NCBI GenBank assembly: GCA_021836725.1
Contig: JAKBHL010000006.1
Span: 21,136-85,135, forward strand
Source: a bacterium
GTDB lineage: Bacteria; Patescibacteriota; Minisyncoccia; Phycocordibacterales; Phycocordibacteraceae
Length of the DNA stretch: 64,000 bases
Direction of reading: 5' to 3'
The notes below the pieces were generated by a model. The model searched no databases. It saw nothing but the letters and a program-made list of their open reading frames with translations, and had not been told where the DNA came from. A program made the position numbers and the translations under genes. Every line of letters begins with the position of its first letter. The stretch's first letter is position 1. Shown piece by piece: positions 36,543 through 46,689 of this stretch.

Positions 36543-37369
36543 GCGCCCTTCAGGTAAGGCATCTCGCGTCTGCCCTCGGGAATGACGCGTTCGATGAGGA
36601 ACCGTCCGTCCCTGAAAGACGCTTTCGTTATCTTTATGCGTTTCCCATCCGCAAAGAAATATGTGCCGATGGTGTCGGCATAGGCGCGATACTTGTTCCA
36701 GTTCTCCTCTGCCGATGCATCGAGCGAAAGCAATCCGTCCTCTTTCTTCCGTTTCGGCGCGCGCGTAGCGCGCGCCGCCTCCTGCGGAGTGAGTGTGATC
36801 TCGCCCTGCAGGAATGCGGGAAGGGTATCGGCGAGCATCTGCGCGCCCAGGGTGATAAGCCGCGGGCGAAGCTCGCGCGCCGTCTCCTCAGGCGCTATAG
36901 CCGTCTCTTTTTGCGTGAGGATGGCGCCGGCATCGAGCTCTTGCGCCATCTTTTGGATGGTGACGCCGGTCATCGCGTCGCCCGCAAGAAGCGCCGCTTC
37001 AAGCGGCGCCGCGCCGCGGTACTTCGGCAAAAGCGAGTAATGGATGTTCAGCACGCCCTTGGGGAAAGCGGCTATGAGCGCTTCGGGGAATATCTTGCCG
37101 TACGCGACGACGACCGCGTAGTCGCACTCGAGCGCGCGGATTGCCGCGACCGCCGCGTCATCGAGCTTCTCCGGCGTCATCACGGGGATGTTCCGCTCCC
37201 GCGCCGCCGTCTTTACCGGCGAGGGCGTGAGCGCGAGGCCGCGCCCTTGCAGTGCGTCCGGAGAAGTCACCACGGCACGGGGAACGAAGCCGCGCTCGAT
37301 GAGAATCGCGAGCGTGTCGCGCGCGACTTCCGGCGTGCCGAAATAGATAAAATTATGCGTCGGGTTCAT
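36539..37369 (-). CDS. fmt: Methionyl-tRNA formyltransferase
   Basis: FGTPE, VVAYGKI, LNIHYSLLPKYRGAAP, ELDAG. Confidence 0.95.
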   Translation of the reverse strand: MNPTHNFIYFGTPEVARDTLAILIERGFVPRAVVTSPDALQGRGLALTPSPVKTAARERNIPVMTPEKLDDAAVAAIRALECDYAVVVAYGKIFPEALIAAFPKGVLNIHYSLLPKYRGAAPLEAALLAGDAMTGVTIQKMAQELDAGAILTQKETAIAPEETARELRPRLITLGAQMLADTLPAFLQGEITLTPQEAARATRAPKRKKEDGLLSLDASAEENWNKYRAYADTIGTYFFADGKRIKITKASFRDGRFLIERVIPEGRREMPYLKGA

Positions 37370-37973
37370 GGGGGATGTGGACGAGGTTTTCGGCGTGATC
37401 GATGAAGAGGATACCGTTCAAATGATCCATTTCGTGCTCGAATATCTGTGCCATGAGGCCGCCCGCGCCGCGCTCAAACGAAGATCCGTCCGGGCGCCGC
37501 GCGCGCACGGTGACGCGTTCATGCCGGCGCGTCGTGCCGTACACTCCGCGGACCGAGAGGCATCCTTCCTCGGCTTGCGCGCGCTTGCGCGAAGTCTTTA
37601 TTATTTTCGGATTGATGTACACCGCTACCTCCGCAGTGAGGCGGGGAGAGGACTCGCTCGTTTGGACGGGGGAGGGAAGCGAGCGATCGTTGCGTACGAT
37701 GAAAAGACGATAGGAAACTCCAATTTGCGGGGCGGCGAGCGCAACGCCCTCGGGTTCGTGGTCGAGAGATTCTTCCATAGAGGCGATAAGGCGCATGAGC
37801 TCCGCGCTGCCGAAGAGCTCCTCCGGCACCGGCGCAGCCGTTTCGCGCAGCACCGGCGCTCCGTCCTGCACGATTTCTTCCGTACGGTCGCGCGGGACCA
37901 TGCTTCGCGATTCTCCCGTGTCCGCTGAGACGCGACTTCCTTCCGAATCATTCATGATGCGCCTATCATACAC
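37353..37973 (-). CDS. def: Peptide deformylase
   Basis: GVALAAPQIG, EGCLS, IFEHEMDHLNG; true start may lie downstream. Confidence 0.95.
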   Translation of the reverse strand: MYDRRIMNDSEGSRVSADTGESRSMVPRDRTEEIVQDGAPVLRETAAPVPEELFGSAELMRLIASMEESLDHEPEGVALAAPQIGVSYRLFIVRNDRSLPSPVQTSESSPRLTAEVAVYINPKIIKTSRKRAQAEEGCLSVRGVYGTTRRHERVTVRARRPDGSSFERGAGGLMAQIFEHEMDHLNGILFIDHAENLVHIPHEPDA

Positions 37974-38003
37974 TCCGGGAAGGGTTTCGCGCGATTAGGA
38001 TCC

Positions 38004-38119
38004 CCCCGCGAGGGGTGTGCGACGGAAAGGAGTACGCCGTCTTTTTCTGCTCTAAAAGCGGCTCGTACTCGCCCCGTCGGGCTCCGTAAGCCTCTTTCAA
38101 CCGCACACCCCTCGCGGGG
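38004..38119 (-). repeat. Structured dispersed repeat, copy 4 (reverse orientation, core only)
   Basis: Reverse complement contains GGTGTGCGG..GAAAGAGGCTTACGGA-GCCC-GACG-GGGC-GAGTACGAGCCG...AGCA...CGGCGTACTC. Confidence 0.85.
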
Positions 38120-38187
38120 CCGGTCAAATCTCCTAAGATGTCATCTTGAAGATGCTATCTTGGGAGATTTGGGAGATTGAGGGGATT

Positions 38188-38481
38188 CTAGTGTTTTTTC
38201 GGGTCAAGCTCCCACCAGAACTTTTTGCTGAAATTTTTTGCCTGGCTGCACACGCTCTTGAGGTAATAGAGATCCGCGGTCGGGATGCCCTCGATTTCTG
38301 CGCCGAGGCGCGCCATCGTAAGCGGAACGAGGCCGTCCTGTTTGCGGGAATAGTTCAGATGACGGAGGAAAAAACGCATCAGTTCTCCGCGCTCCGTCTC
38401 GCGTTTCCGTCCCTTCGGCGCCGCCGCCGCTCTTTTCTCGATATCGGGAAGAATATCGCGGATGGGTTTCATCCCGTTCAT
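38188..38481 (-). CDS. Hypothetical protein
   Basis: 97-aa ORF, TERGEL...DLYYLKSVC...FSKKFWW. Confidence 0.7.
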   Translation of the reverse strand: MNGMKPIRDILPDIEKRAAAAPKGRKRETERGELMRFFLRHLNYSRKQDGLVPLTMARLGAEIEGIPTADLYYLKSVCSQAKNFSKKFWWELDPKKH

Positions 38482-38511
38482 TCTAAACCAGGCGCGCCGC
38501 CGCCGCGACGG

Positions 38512-39831
38512 TCAGTCCGTGTGCGCTTCGATGGACGCGCCGAGGCGTTGGAGGCGCAGGACGATGTCCTCATAGCCCCGGTTGATGCTGTATACGTTCC
38601 GGAGCGTCGAGCGGCCTTTTGCGGCGAGCATCGCGACGAGGATAATGGTCGCGGGCCGCAGCGCCGGCGGGCAGATGACTTCGGCGGCCTTGAGACGGGA
38701 CGGGCCCTCAATCGAGATGCGGTGCGGGTCGTGGAGGATGGTCGTCGCGCCAAGCCGGTCAAGCTCGGTGTAATAAATCGCACGTTTTTCGTACACCCAG
38801 TCGTGGATGAGCGTCATGCCTTTGGCTTGCGTGGCGATGACCGCAAAGAAGGGAAGATTGTCGATATTGAGGCCCGGGTACGGCCGCGCATGGATCTTTT
38901 CGGGGAACGCGATGAGCACGGATGGTTCAACAGTTATGTCGACAAGCTTCGTGATCCCGTTTTCAGAAACGCGCCGATTGGACAGCGAGAACGCAAGACC
39001 CATTTTCTCAAGTACGAGCAATTCGACTTCGAGAAACTCGATCGGCGCGGCGGCGATGGTGATGGCGGAACCGGTCACCGCCGCCGCCGCGAGAAAGAAC
39101 ATCGCATCGGTCGGATCCTCGGCAACGCTGTAGGAGACATCGCGGTCGATAGTGGCGACGCCCTCGATGCGGAGCGTCGTCGAACCGACGCCCTCGACTT
39201 TGACGCCGAGCGCGCGCAAAAAGCCGCACACTTCCTGCACCTGGTAATTTGCCGAGGCATACTTAATGACGCTCGCGCCCTCAATGCGTGCGGCGGCAAA
39301 AATCGCATTGATAGTCGCCGTGTCGCTCGATTCGTACAGAATAACCTCTGCCGGGCGGAGTCCCTCGTACGTGACATGATAATTATCCGAACGCGCTTCT
39401 ATCGCGACGCCGAATTTCTCAAGCGCCATGAGGTGCGGGCGCACGGAACGCAGCCCGAGCGTGCAGCCGCCCGATTGCGGCAATTCAAACTCTTTCAGAG
39501 CGTGGAGTAGGGGACCGATGAACATCAGGATGCTGCGCGTCTTCATCGCGGCGGCGCGGTCGATCGTCTCGAGTGAGAATTTCTGCGGCGGCTCCAGAGA
39601 GACGCTCGTTCCCTGCCATGTCACCGTGACGCCGATGGAACGGAGGACTTCGATGAGACGGTTGACCTCTTCGATTTTCGGCACATGGTCGAGGATCGTC
39701 TGTCCGCGGTTGAGCAGAGAAGCGGCTAGAAGCGCGACCGCGCCGTTTTTCGAGCGGCTCGTCTCCACGCGGCCGTGCAGCTTTTGTCCGCCCTCGATGA
39801 TGAAGTTCATCCCTTCCTGCATGCGGGACAT
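38512..39831 (-). CDS. murA: UDP-N-acetylglucosamine 1-carboxyvinyltransferase
   Basis: IEGGQKLHG...SKN, GGC.LG.R...PH, PYPG, LR, I.RGYE; start ~39831-39810. Confidence 0.93.
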   Translation of the reverse strand: MSRMQEGMNFIIEGGQKLHGRVETSRSKNGAVALLAASLLNRGQTILDHVPKIEEVNRLIEVLRSIGVTVTWQGTSVSLEPPQKFSLETIDRAAAMKTRSILMFIGPLLHALKEFELPQSGGCTLGLRSVRPHLMALEKFGVAIEARSDNYHVTYEGLRPAEVILYESSDTATINAIFAAARIEGASVIKYASANYQVQEVCGFLRALGVKVEGVGSTTLRIEGVATIDRDVSYSVAEDPTDAMFFLAAAAVTGSAITIAAAPIEFLEVELLVLEKMGLAFSLSNRRVSENGITKLVDITVEPSVLIAFPEKIHARPYPGLNIDNLPFFAVIATQAKGMTLIHDWVYEKRAIYYTELDRLGATTILHDPHRISIEGPSRLKAAEVICPPALRPATIILVAMLAAKGRSTLRNVYSINRGYEDIVLRLQRLGASIEAHTD

Positions 39832-39889
39832 AGTACCACCTTGCACCGGGGCTTTGCGCGAGTGCGGAGGGCGCGATACTATACGCACA

Positions 39890-40915
39890 ATGCCTTTCTT
39901 TTCTCCGAAGCTCGGTATCGATCTCGGGACGACCAATGTCCTCGTATTCGTGCCGGGCAAGGGCGTCGTGATAAACGAGCCCTCGGTTGTCGCGGTGAGC
40001 AAGGCGCACGGCAAGCACGGCGGCAACAAGATCCTTGCCATCGGTGCGGAAGCGAAACGGATGGTGGGCCGCACGCCCGACGACATCATCGCGTATCGTC
40101 CCATGAAAGACGGCGTCATCGCCGATTACCGCGTGACCGAGGCGATGTTGCGCTACTTCATGCGCAAAGCGCTCGGAAAAAATCCGTTCAAACCGACCGT
40201 GCTCGTTTCGGTCCCGGCGGGCGTGTCTTCGACCGAGAAGCGCGCCGTCATCGAAGCGGCGATGAAAGCGGGCGCAAAGAACGCGTTCGTGGTGAAAGAG
40301 CCGATACTCGCGGCTATCGGCGCGGGCATCCCCATCCATGAACCTATGGGGCGAATGGTCGTGGACATCGGCGGCGGCACGATCGACGTCGCGGTGATCT
40401 CGCTCGGCGGCATCGTCGCTTCGACTTCCGTAAAGTGCGCCGGCGATCGCCTCGACCGCGCGATCACCGATCACGTCAAAAAGCAATACAATCTCGCCAT
40501 CGGCGACAAAACCGCGGAAGAGATGAAGATAAAAGTCGGTGCGGCGGTGCCGCTAAACGAAGAACTCACGCTTGCGGTCAAGGGGCGCGATCTCATTTCC
40601 GGCTTGCCGCGCACTGTCGATGTCTCAACCAACGATCTCGTGCAGGCGATGGCGCGGGAACTGCGCGAAATGACGCAGGCGATACGCAAGGTGCTCCAGG
40701 ATACGCCGCCGGAACTCGCCGCCGATATCATCGATAACGGCATCATCCTTACCGGCGGCTCCTCGCAGCTACGCCAGATGCCGGAACTCGTGTACCGCCG
40801 CACGGGTGTCGTCGCCAAACTCGCGCAGGATCCCTACTACTGCGTCGCTCGCGGCACCGGTATCGCGCTCAAGCATCTGGATACGTATCAGAAAAGCATT
40901 TTGGCAAAAAAATAG
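39890..40915 (+). CDS. mreB: Rod shape-determining protein MreB/Mbl (paralog 1)
   Basis: GIDLGT.N, INEPSVVA, VDIGGGT, TPPELAADI, LTGG. Confidence 0.95.
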   Translation: MPFFSPKLGIDLGTTNVLVFVPGKGVVINEPSVVAVSKAHGKHGGNKILAIGAEAKRMVGRTPDDIIAYRPMKDGVIADYRVTEAMLRYFMRKALGKNPFKPTVLVSVPAGVSSTEKRAVIEAAMKAGAKNAFVVKEPILAAIGAGIPIHEPMGRMVVDIGGGTIDVAVISLGGIVASTSVKCAGDRLDRAITDHVKKQYNLAIGDKTAEEMKIKVGAAVPLNEELTLAVKGRDLISGLPRTVDVSTNDLVQAMARELREMTQAIRKVLQDTPPELAADIIDNGIILTGGSSQLRQMPELVYRRTGVVAKLAQDPYYCVARGTGIALKHLDTYQKSILAKK

Positions 40916-40938
40916 GCGCGGCGCGGTACACTAACCCC

Positions 40939-41619
40939 ATGCGGCACCATGCATTCGTTGTCGAAGCGGGAGCGGAGGAGGGGATAGCTATCGCACAGGA
41001 ATGGGCGGCGCGAGAGCTCGGGATGCAGACGCGGGGGAACCCGGACATCGTCGCCCTGCGCCACGGCCTCCTTTCGGTTGAAGATGCGCGGCGCGTCACG
41101 GAGCTTGCCGCGTCCGCGCCGTTTGCGGGCGAGTCCAAGGTGCTCATCGTGAGCGCAAGCCGCGCCTACCACGAGGCACAGAACGCGCTCCTGAAGCTTT
41201 TTGAAGAACCGCCGGAAGGCACCTACCTTTTCCTCATTCTGCCGAACGCGGGCGGGCTTCTGCCAACACTGCGTTCCCGCGTGCATGTCCTTGGCGCCCC
41301 CGCGGCATCTCCGGCGACCCGCCAGGCGGAAGCCGCGGCGTTCATGAAAGCCGGGAAAGAGGCGCGCAGCGCGCTCATCAAAAGACTTGCAAGCGGAAAG
41401 GACGAAGAGACGCGGCGCGCGAATCGCGACGAAGCCCTGCGCATCGTAAACGGCATGGAGGCTGCCGCTTATGCCGCGCTGAAGGAGTCCGGCGGCGCGT
41501 CCGTTACCGCGTTTCTCTCGGATATCGCGACGGTACGCGGATACCTCTACGACCGGAGCGCCCCCGTGCGCATGATCCTGGAACATCTTTCGCTCGTCAT
41601 GCCGAAGAATTTGCTATGA
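40939..41619 (+). CDS. holB: DNA polymerase III delta-prime-like subunit
   Basis: AQNALLKLFEEPP...LLPTLRSR. Confidence 0.8.
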   Translation: MRHHAFVVEAGAEEGIAIAQEWAARELGMQTRGNPDIVALRHGLLSVEDARRVTELAASAPFAGESKVLIVSASRAYHEAQNALLKLFEEPPEGTYLFLILPNAGGLLPTLRSRVHVLGAPAASPATRQAEAAAFMKAGKEARSALIKRLASGKDEETRRANRDEALRIVNGMEAAAYAALKESGGASVTAFLSDIATVRGYLYDRSAPVRMILEHLSLVMPKNLL

Positions 41620-41626
41620 TGCGCCT

Positions 41627-42178
41627 ATGGCATACGATTTCTCCGCGCTGAAGAATGACATCAAAGAGACCGAAGAGTGGCTGGTGCGCGAGCTCTCCGG
41701 AGTTCGCACCGGCCGCGCGACGCCGGCCCTGCTTGATGGCGTGAAAGTCGAGGCATACGGTGCGCGCACGCCGCTTGCGCAACTCGCTTCCGTTTCGATC
41801 GAGGATGCGCGCACGCTCCGCGTCATCTCCTGGGACAGCGCGCTTTTGAAAGCGATTGAGAAAGGCATTACGGAAGCGGATCTCGGCGTCGGCGTCGCGA
41901 CCGATGATCAGGGCCTGCGGATATCGTTCCCCGAACTCACGAGCGAACGGCGCGTACAGCTTTTGAAGATCGCGGGCGATAAAACCGAACAAGCGAAAGT
42001 GACGTTACGCTCGCATCGCACCGATGCGCTCCGGGCGCTCGACGCGCTCTTAAAAGACGGAGGGACCGGCAAGGACGAGATCACGCGGCTGCGGAACGAG
42101 GTTCAAAAACTCATCGACGCGGGCACCGATACGCTCGGCGAGGCCCTCAAGAAAAAAGAGGCCGAAATCGCCCGCTAG
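41627..42178 (+). CDS. frr: Ribosome recycling factor
   Basis: RTGRATPALLD.VKVEAYG...PL.QLA, FPELTSERR. Confidence 0.95.
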   Translation: MAYDFSALKNDIKETEEWLVRELSGVRTGRATPALLDGVKVEAYGARTPLAQLASVSIEDARTLRVISWDSALLKAIEKGITEADLGVGVATDDQGLRISFPELTSERRVQLLKIAGDKTEQAKVTLRSHRTDALRALDALLKDGGTGKDEITRLRNEVQKLIDAGTDTLGEALKKKEAEIAR

Positions 42179-42182
42179 CTCG

Positions 42183-43271
42183 ATGGAGGTACTTATTTTC
42201 ATCGCCGTCATCGTCGCACTCATCGTGGTGCACGAATTCGGACACTTCATCGTCGCGAAACTTTCGGGGATGCGCGTCGATGAATTCGGACTCGGTTACC
42301 CCCCCCGCGCCGCGGTCATCGGGAGGATAGGCGAGACCGCGTACACGCTCAACTGGCTTCCGTTCGGCGGTTTTGTAAAGATTTACGGCGAAGACGGCGG
42401 CGAGAGCGGCGCACGCGCATTCTCCGCGCGCCCGCGCGTACTGCAGGCATTGGTACTGGTCGCCGGCATCGCGATGAACCTCCTTTTCGCATATGTGCTT
42501 ATCACCGGCGCGCTTGTGTCCGGGACCCCCCGCGCGCTCTCCGCAAGCGAAGTCGCGGGCGCGCGGGACGTCTCGCTCGCGGTGGCGGATGTACTTTCCG
42601 GCACGCCCGCCGCGAGCGCGGGACTTCTTCCCGGCGATTCCATCTTAAGCGCGAAAGATGCCGAGGGAGAATGGCACGCCGCGGACCCCGCGAGCTTTTC
42701 GGCGTTTATCGCCGCAAGCGGCGGGGAGAAAGTCACGCTATCGGTAAGCCGCGCCGGCAAGGATTTCTCCGTTGCCGCGTCGCCCTTACACGGTATCGTC
42801 CCGAGCGATCCCGCGCGCTACGCGCTCGGCGTCGAAGTCGCCACCATCGGTACGGTACCGCTTTCTTTTGGCAAGGCGATCACGCAAGGCGCTTCGCTTA
42901 CCTGGGGCGCGACCGTCCTCACTGCGCAGGGACTGTGGCATTTTTTCTACGGAATCTTTACGTTCCGGGCGAATCTCTCGCAAGTGGCGGGTCCTATCGG
43001 CATCGCTGGCGCGGTCGGCTCCGCATCGGCGCAGGGGCTCGGCGATCTCCTTTCGCTCATGGCGATCATCTCGATCAATCTCGCGCTCATAAATCTCATC
43101 CCCATCCCCGCCCTTGATGGCGGGCGGCTGCTTTTCGTTCTCATCGAAAGCGTCATCCGCCGGCCCATCAAACCGAGCGTCGCGCGCACGGTGAATGCGA
43201 TCGGTTTTGTGTTCCTCATCCTGCTTATGGTCGTCGTGAGCGCCCACGATATCTTCCGGATCGTCGGCTAG
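42183..43271 (+). CDS. rseP: RseP site-2 metalloprotease with PDZ domain
   Basis: HEFGHF, LPFGGFVKI, NLIPIPALDGG. Confidence 0.95.
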   Translation: MEVLIFIAVIVALIVVHEFGHFIVAKLSGMRVDEFGLGYPPRAAVIGRIGETAYTLNWLPFGGFVKIYGEDGGESGARAFSARPRVLQALVLVAGIAMNLLFAYVLITGALVSGTPRALSASEVAGARDVSLAVADVLSGTPAASAGLLPGDSILSAKDAEGEWHAADPASFSAFIAASGGEKVTLSVSRAGKDFSVAASPLHGIVPSDPARYALGVEVATIGTVPLSFGKAITQGASLTWGATVLTAQGLWHFFYGIFTFRANLSQVAGPIGIAGAVGSASAQGLGDLLSLMAIISINLALINLIPIPALDGGRLLFVLIESVIRRPIKPSVARTVNAIGFVFLILLMVVVSAHDIFRIVG

Positions 43272-43322
43272 CGAAACGGCTCTTTTGCGCTTGCTGCACG
43301 GGCAGCATATACTGCTCTCTAT

Positions 43323-44573
43323 ATGCGCCAGTCGAAACTCTTTACCAGGACGCGCCGCGAGGCGCCCGCCGGCGAGGTCGCGAAGAATGCACAGCTTCTC
43401 GTGCGCGCGGGCTACATCCATAAGGAGATGGCGGGCGTGTATTCTTATCTCCCGCTCGGCCGCCGGGTCCTCACGCGCATCGAAAACATCGTGCGCGAAG
43501 AAATGGACGCTATCGGGGGACAGGAAATCCGCATGGCGACACTGCACCCCTCGGAAAACTGGAAGACGACCGGCGGGTGGGATGGCGTGGACGTGCTCTT
43601 CAAGATCCAGAGCCGTACCGAAAAAGAGTACGCGCTCGGCCAGAGCGAGGAAGAAATCGTGACGCCCATCGCGCAGGAATTCGTCACCTCCTATAAGGAT
43701 CTGCCCGTCGCGCTGTACCAGATAGGACAGAAGTATCGCGATGAGTTGCGCGCGAAGTCCGGCATCATGCGCGGCCGGGAGTTCGGCATGAAAGACATGT
43801 ACAGTTTCCATGAGACGCAAGAGGACTTCGAGCGTTTCTACCGGATCGTAAAAGACGCGTATTTCAGGATTTACGAGCGCTGCGGACTGACCGCGAAGGC
43901 GACCGAAGCATCGGGAGGCAATTTCAGCGAGAAAATCTCATACGAATTTATGGTGCTCACCGACGCGGGCGAGGATGATATCGTCTTCTGCGATGCGTGC
44001 GAATTCTGTGCGAACGCCGAAGTCGCGCAGGTGAAGGCGGGCGACGTCTGCCCGCGCTGCGGAAAAGGGAGGGTGCAGGCGGCGCGCGCGGTCGAGGCGG
44101 GCAACGTGTTCGATCTCGGGCAGAAATATCCGAAAGCGTTCGGATTCACATACAAAGACAAGGAGGGGAAGGCTCAGACGCCTATCATGGGCTGTTACGG
44201 GCTTGGCACCACGCGGCTTATGGGCACCCTCGTGGAGGTTTTTGCGGATGAGAAGGGTATCGTGTGGCCGGAGAACGTGGCGCCGTTTTCTGTGCATCTG
44301 GTCTCTCTCGGCCAGCCGGGGGATGAGGTATCGAAGACCGCGGACACCCTCTATGAGGATCTGACGAAGGCCGGGGTCGAGGTTCTCTACGACGATCGCG
44401 ACCTGCGCGCCGGAGAAAAATTCGCGGAAAGCGACCTGCTCGGCATCCCGCAGCGCATCGTCGTGGGGAAAGACGCGGCGGCAACCGGAGTCTTTGAAGT
44501 GGTGTCTCGCGCGACCGGTGTAGCGACGAAGATGCCGCGCGCCGAGCTCCTTGCTTCGCATATAAAAAAATAA
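43323..44573 (+). CDS. proS: Prolyl-tRNA synthetase
   Basis: LLVRAGYI, YRDELRAKSGIMRGREFGMKD.YSF, MGCYGLG. Confidence 0.95.
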   Translation: MRQSKLFTRTRREAPAGEVAKNAQLLVRAGYIHKEMAGVYSYLPLGRRVLTRIENIVREEMDAIGGQEIRMATLHPSENWKTTGGWDGVDVLFKIQSRTEKEYALGQSEEEIVTPIAQEFVTSYKDLPVALYQIGQKYRDELRAKSGIMRGREFGMKDMYSFHETQEDFERFYRIVKDAYFRIYERCGLTAKATEASGGNFSEKISYEFMVLTDAGEDDIVFCDACEFCANAEVAQVKAGDVCPRCGKGRVQAARAVEAGNVFDLGQKYPKAFGFTYKDKEGKAQTPIMGCYGLGTTRLMGTLVEVFADEKGIVWPENVAPFSVHLVSLGQPGDEVSKTADTLYEDLTKAGVEVLYDDRDLRAGEKFAESDLLGIPQRIVVGKDAAATGVFEVVSRATGVATKMPRAELLASHIKK

Positions 44574-44574
44574 T

Positions 44575-45627
44575 ATGGCACGATTTTCAAAAAATTCGCT
44601 CTTCAGCAGTGACATCGCGATTGATCTCGGGACGGCGAATACGCTGGTATACGTACGCGGACGCGGCGTGGTCATAAACGAGCCGTCGGTGGTCGCGGTC
44701 AACGACAAGACTAACCAGGTCGTCGCGGTGGGGAAGGAGGCGAAAACAATGCTCGGCAAAACGCCCTCCCACATCCGCACCGTGCGTCCGTTGCTGCACG
44801 GGGTCATCTCCGACTTTGAGGTCACCGAGGAGCTGCTCACGTATTTCATCAATAAAGCGCACGGCGGCCATGCGCGGCTGTTTGGTCCGCGGGTCGTTAT
44901 CGGCGTGCCGACGGGAGTGACCAACGTGCAAAGCCGCGCCGTACGCGATGCGGCAAGGAATGCCGGCGCGCGCGAGGCGATTATCATTGAAGAAACGGTT
45001 GCAGGCGCCATCGGCGCAAAGCTGCCGGTCGCCGAGGCGACCGGCACGATGGTGCTTGATATCGGCGGCGGCACCACCGACATCGCTGTTATCGCGCTCG
45101 GCGGCACGGTCGCGAGCAAGAGTTCACAGGTTGCGGGCGACAAGCTGAATGAGAACATCATCGATTTCGTGCGCAGCGAGTTCAAGCTCGGCATCGGCGA
45201 ACGAACCGCCGAGGATATAAAAATAGCCATCGGCGCGGTCACGCCGCTTACGGAAACCCTTACCAAGAGCGTGCGCGGACGCGACTACGCGACGGGACTT
45301 CCGCGCGAGGTGACACTCACCGACGTACATATCCGCGAGGCCATTGCGCCTTCCCTCGATGCGCTCATGGACACGATAAAAGAAGTGATCGAAGCGACGC
45401 CGCCCGAGCTCCTTTCCGATGTCCTCCAACACGGCGTCACTGTCTTTGGCGGCGGCGCGCTCCTGCGCGGTTTGCCGCAGATACTCGCAAAGATGCTCGG
45501 CGTGCCGGTAAAAGTCACCCCCGATCCTTTGACCACGGTCGTGCGCGGCGCAGGCATCGTGACCGAAAATCCGATGCCCTATGCGGATTTTTTCATCGAT
45601 GAAGAAGACATTCTCAGCGAAGCGTAA
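44575..45627 (+). CDS. mreB: Rod shape-determining protein MreB (paralog 2)
   Basis: IDLGTANTL, NEPSVVA, LDIGGGTT, TPPELLSD; upstream of mreC. Confidence 0.95.
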   Translation: MARFSKNSLFSSDIAIDLGTANTLVYVRGRGVVINEPSVVAVNDKTNQVVAVGKEAKTMLGKTPSHIRTVRPLLHGVISDFEVTEELLTYFINKAHGGHARLFGPRVVIGVPTGVTNVQSRAVRDAARNAGAREAIIIEETVAGAIGAKLPVAEATGTMVLDIGGGTTDIAVIALGGTVASKSSQVAGDKLNENIIDFVRSEFKLGIGERTAEDIKIAIGAVTPLTETLTKSVRGRDYATGLPREVTLTDVHIREAIAPSLDALMDTIKEVIEATPPELLSDVLQHGVTVFGGGALLRGLPQILAKMLGVPVKVTPDPLTTVVRGAGIVTENPMPYADFFIDEEDILSEA

Positions 45628-46438
45628 CGCGCTCCTGTCGTCCGCGACGGTCTCGTGGGGCGGCGGCGCCCTCGCGTTCGTCCTCATCGTCCTTCTCGTG
45701 CGGTTGGCCGCGCCGAATATCTTTTGGCGTGCCTTCGCGCCGGTATTCCGCGCGGCAGACACCCTCGCTCTCGCGAGCCATACCTTTACCGCGAGCTTCG
45801 GTACTGCCGCGACGCTTACCCTTCAGAATGAACGGCTGACGAGCGAAAACGCCGCTCTCGCAAGCGAGAACCAAGCGCTTTCCCAGAAAATACTGAGCAT
45901 TTCCGCGCTTTCCGGTTTTTCCGTTCCGCAACAACATGCTTCCGGAATTTTGGCCGGCGTTCTCGCCCATCCGCCCGTGAGCCCGTACGACACGCTCGTG
46001 CTTTCCGCCGGCTCAGGAGCGGGAGTGCGCAAAGGCATGGAAGTCTTCGGGGAGGGCGGCGTGCCGCTCGGCGTCGTCGAAACGGTTCTCGCCGACTTTT
46101 CGCGCGCGGTGCTTTTTTCGGCGCCCGGCATGTCGACCTACGGCTGGGTCGGGAAGGCAAGCAGCCCGGTCACGCTCGTGGGCGAAGGAGCGGGCACCAT
46201 GAGCGCGGTAATGCCGCGTTCCGCGCACATCATCGTCGGCGACAGCGTTTTTGTCCCCGGCCCGGGCATGCTCCCCATCGGAAGCGTCGTGCGCATCGAC
46301 GATGAGCCCTCGGCGCCTTCGGTGACGCTGCGCATCATGCTTTCGCAAAATATTTTTTCGATTCCCTGGGTGCTCGCGCGCGATAGCGGTACGGCGCTTC
46401 AGGGTCCGCTCTTTTCGGCGACTTCGACACTGCCATGA
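45599..46438 (+). CDS. mreC: Rod shape-determining protein MreC
   Basis: TM, coiled coil (L..EN..L), PYDTL...G..GV; position after mreB. Confidence 0.88.
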   Translation: MKKTFSAKRNALLSSATVSWGGGALAFVLIVLLVRLAAPNIFWRAFAPVFRAADTLALASHTFTASFGTAATLTLQNERLTSENAALASENQALSQKILSISALSGFSVPQQHASGILAGVLAHPPVSPYDTLVLSAGSGAGVRKGMEVFGEGGVPLGVVETVLADFSRAVLFSAPGMSTYGWVGKASSPVTLVGEGAGTMSAVMPRSAHIIVGDSVFVPGPGMLPIGSVVRIDDEPSAPSVTLRIMLSQNIFSIPWVLARDSGTALQGPLFSATSTLP

Positions 46439-46689
46439 TACGTGGCGCGCTCACACTCGTCGCGCTCGCTTCAGTCATATTTTTCCCCTGGCCGCTCACG
46501 GCCGTCCTCATGCTCGTCTCTTCCTCCCTCGAGCCGCTCGTACCGCTCGCCGCCGGAATTTTTGCCGATACGCTTTATTACACGCCGAAAGCCGGAGTAC
46601 TGCCGTTCTTCACCCTTTTCGGGGCGTTGACGACCGTTGTGGCGCTTCTCGTGCGTAGTCGGCTTCGAACGGGTATCATCGGGGGATGA
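46435..46689 (+). CDS. Small membrane protein in the mreD position
   Basis: Hydrophobic 84 aa with GIFAD; overlaps both neighbours. Confidence 0.65.
   Translation: MIRGALTLVALASVIFFPWPLTAVLMLVSSSLEPLVPLAAGIFADTLYYTPKAGVLPFFTLFGALTTVVALLVRSRLRTGIIGG

Noticed and set aside
38146-39510. Long antisense/shadow ORFs (also 17293-18453, 43938-45266, 47223-48233, 54204-55316)
   Set aside because: They lie opposite well-supported genes in GC-rich sequence and have no recognisable motifs.
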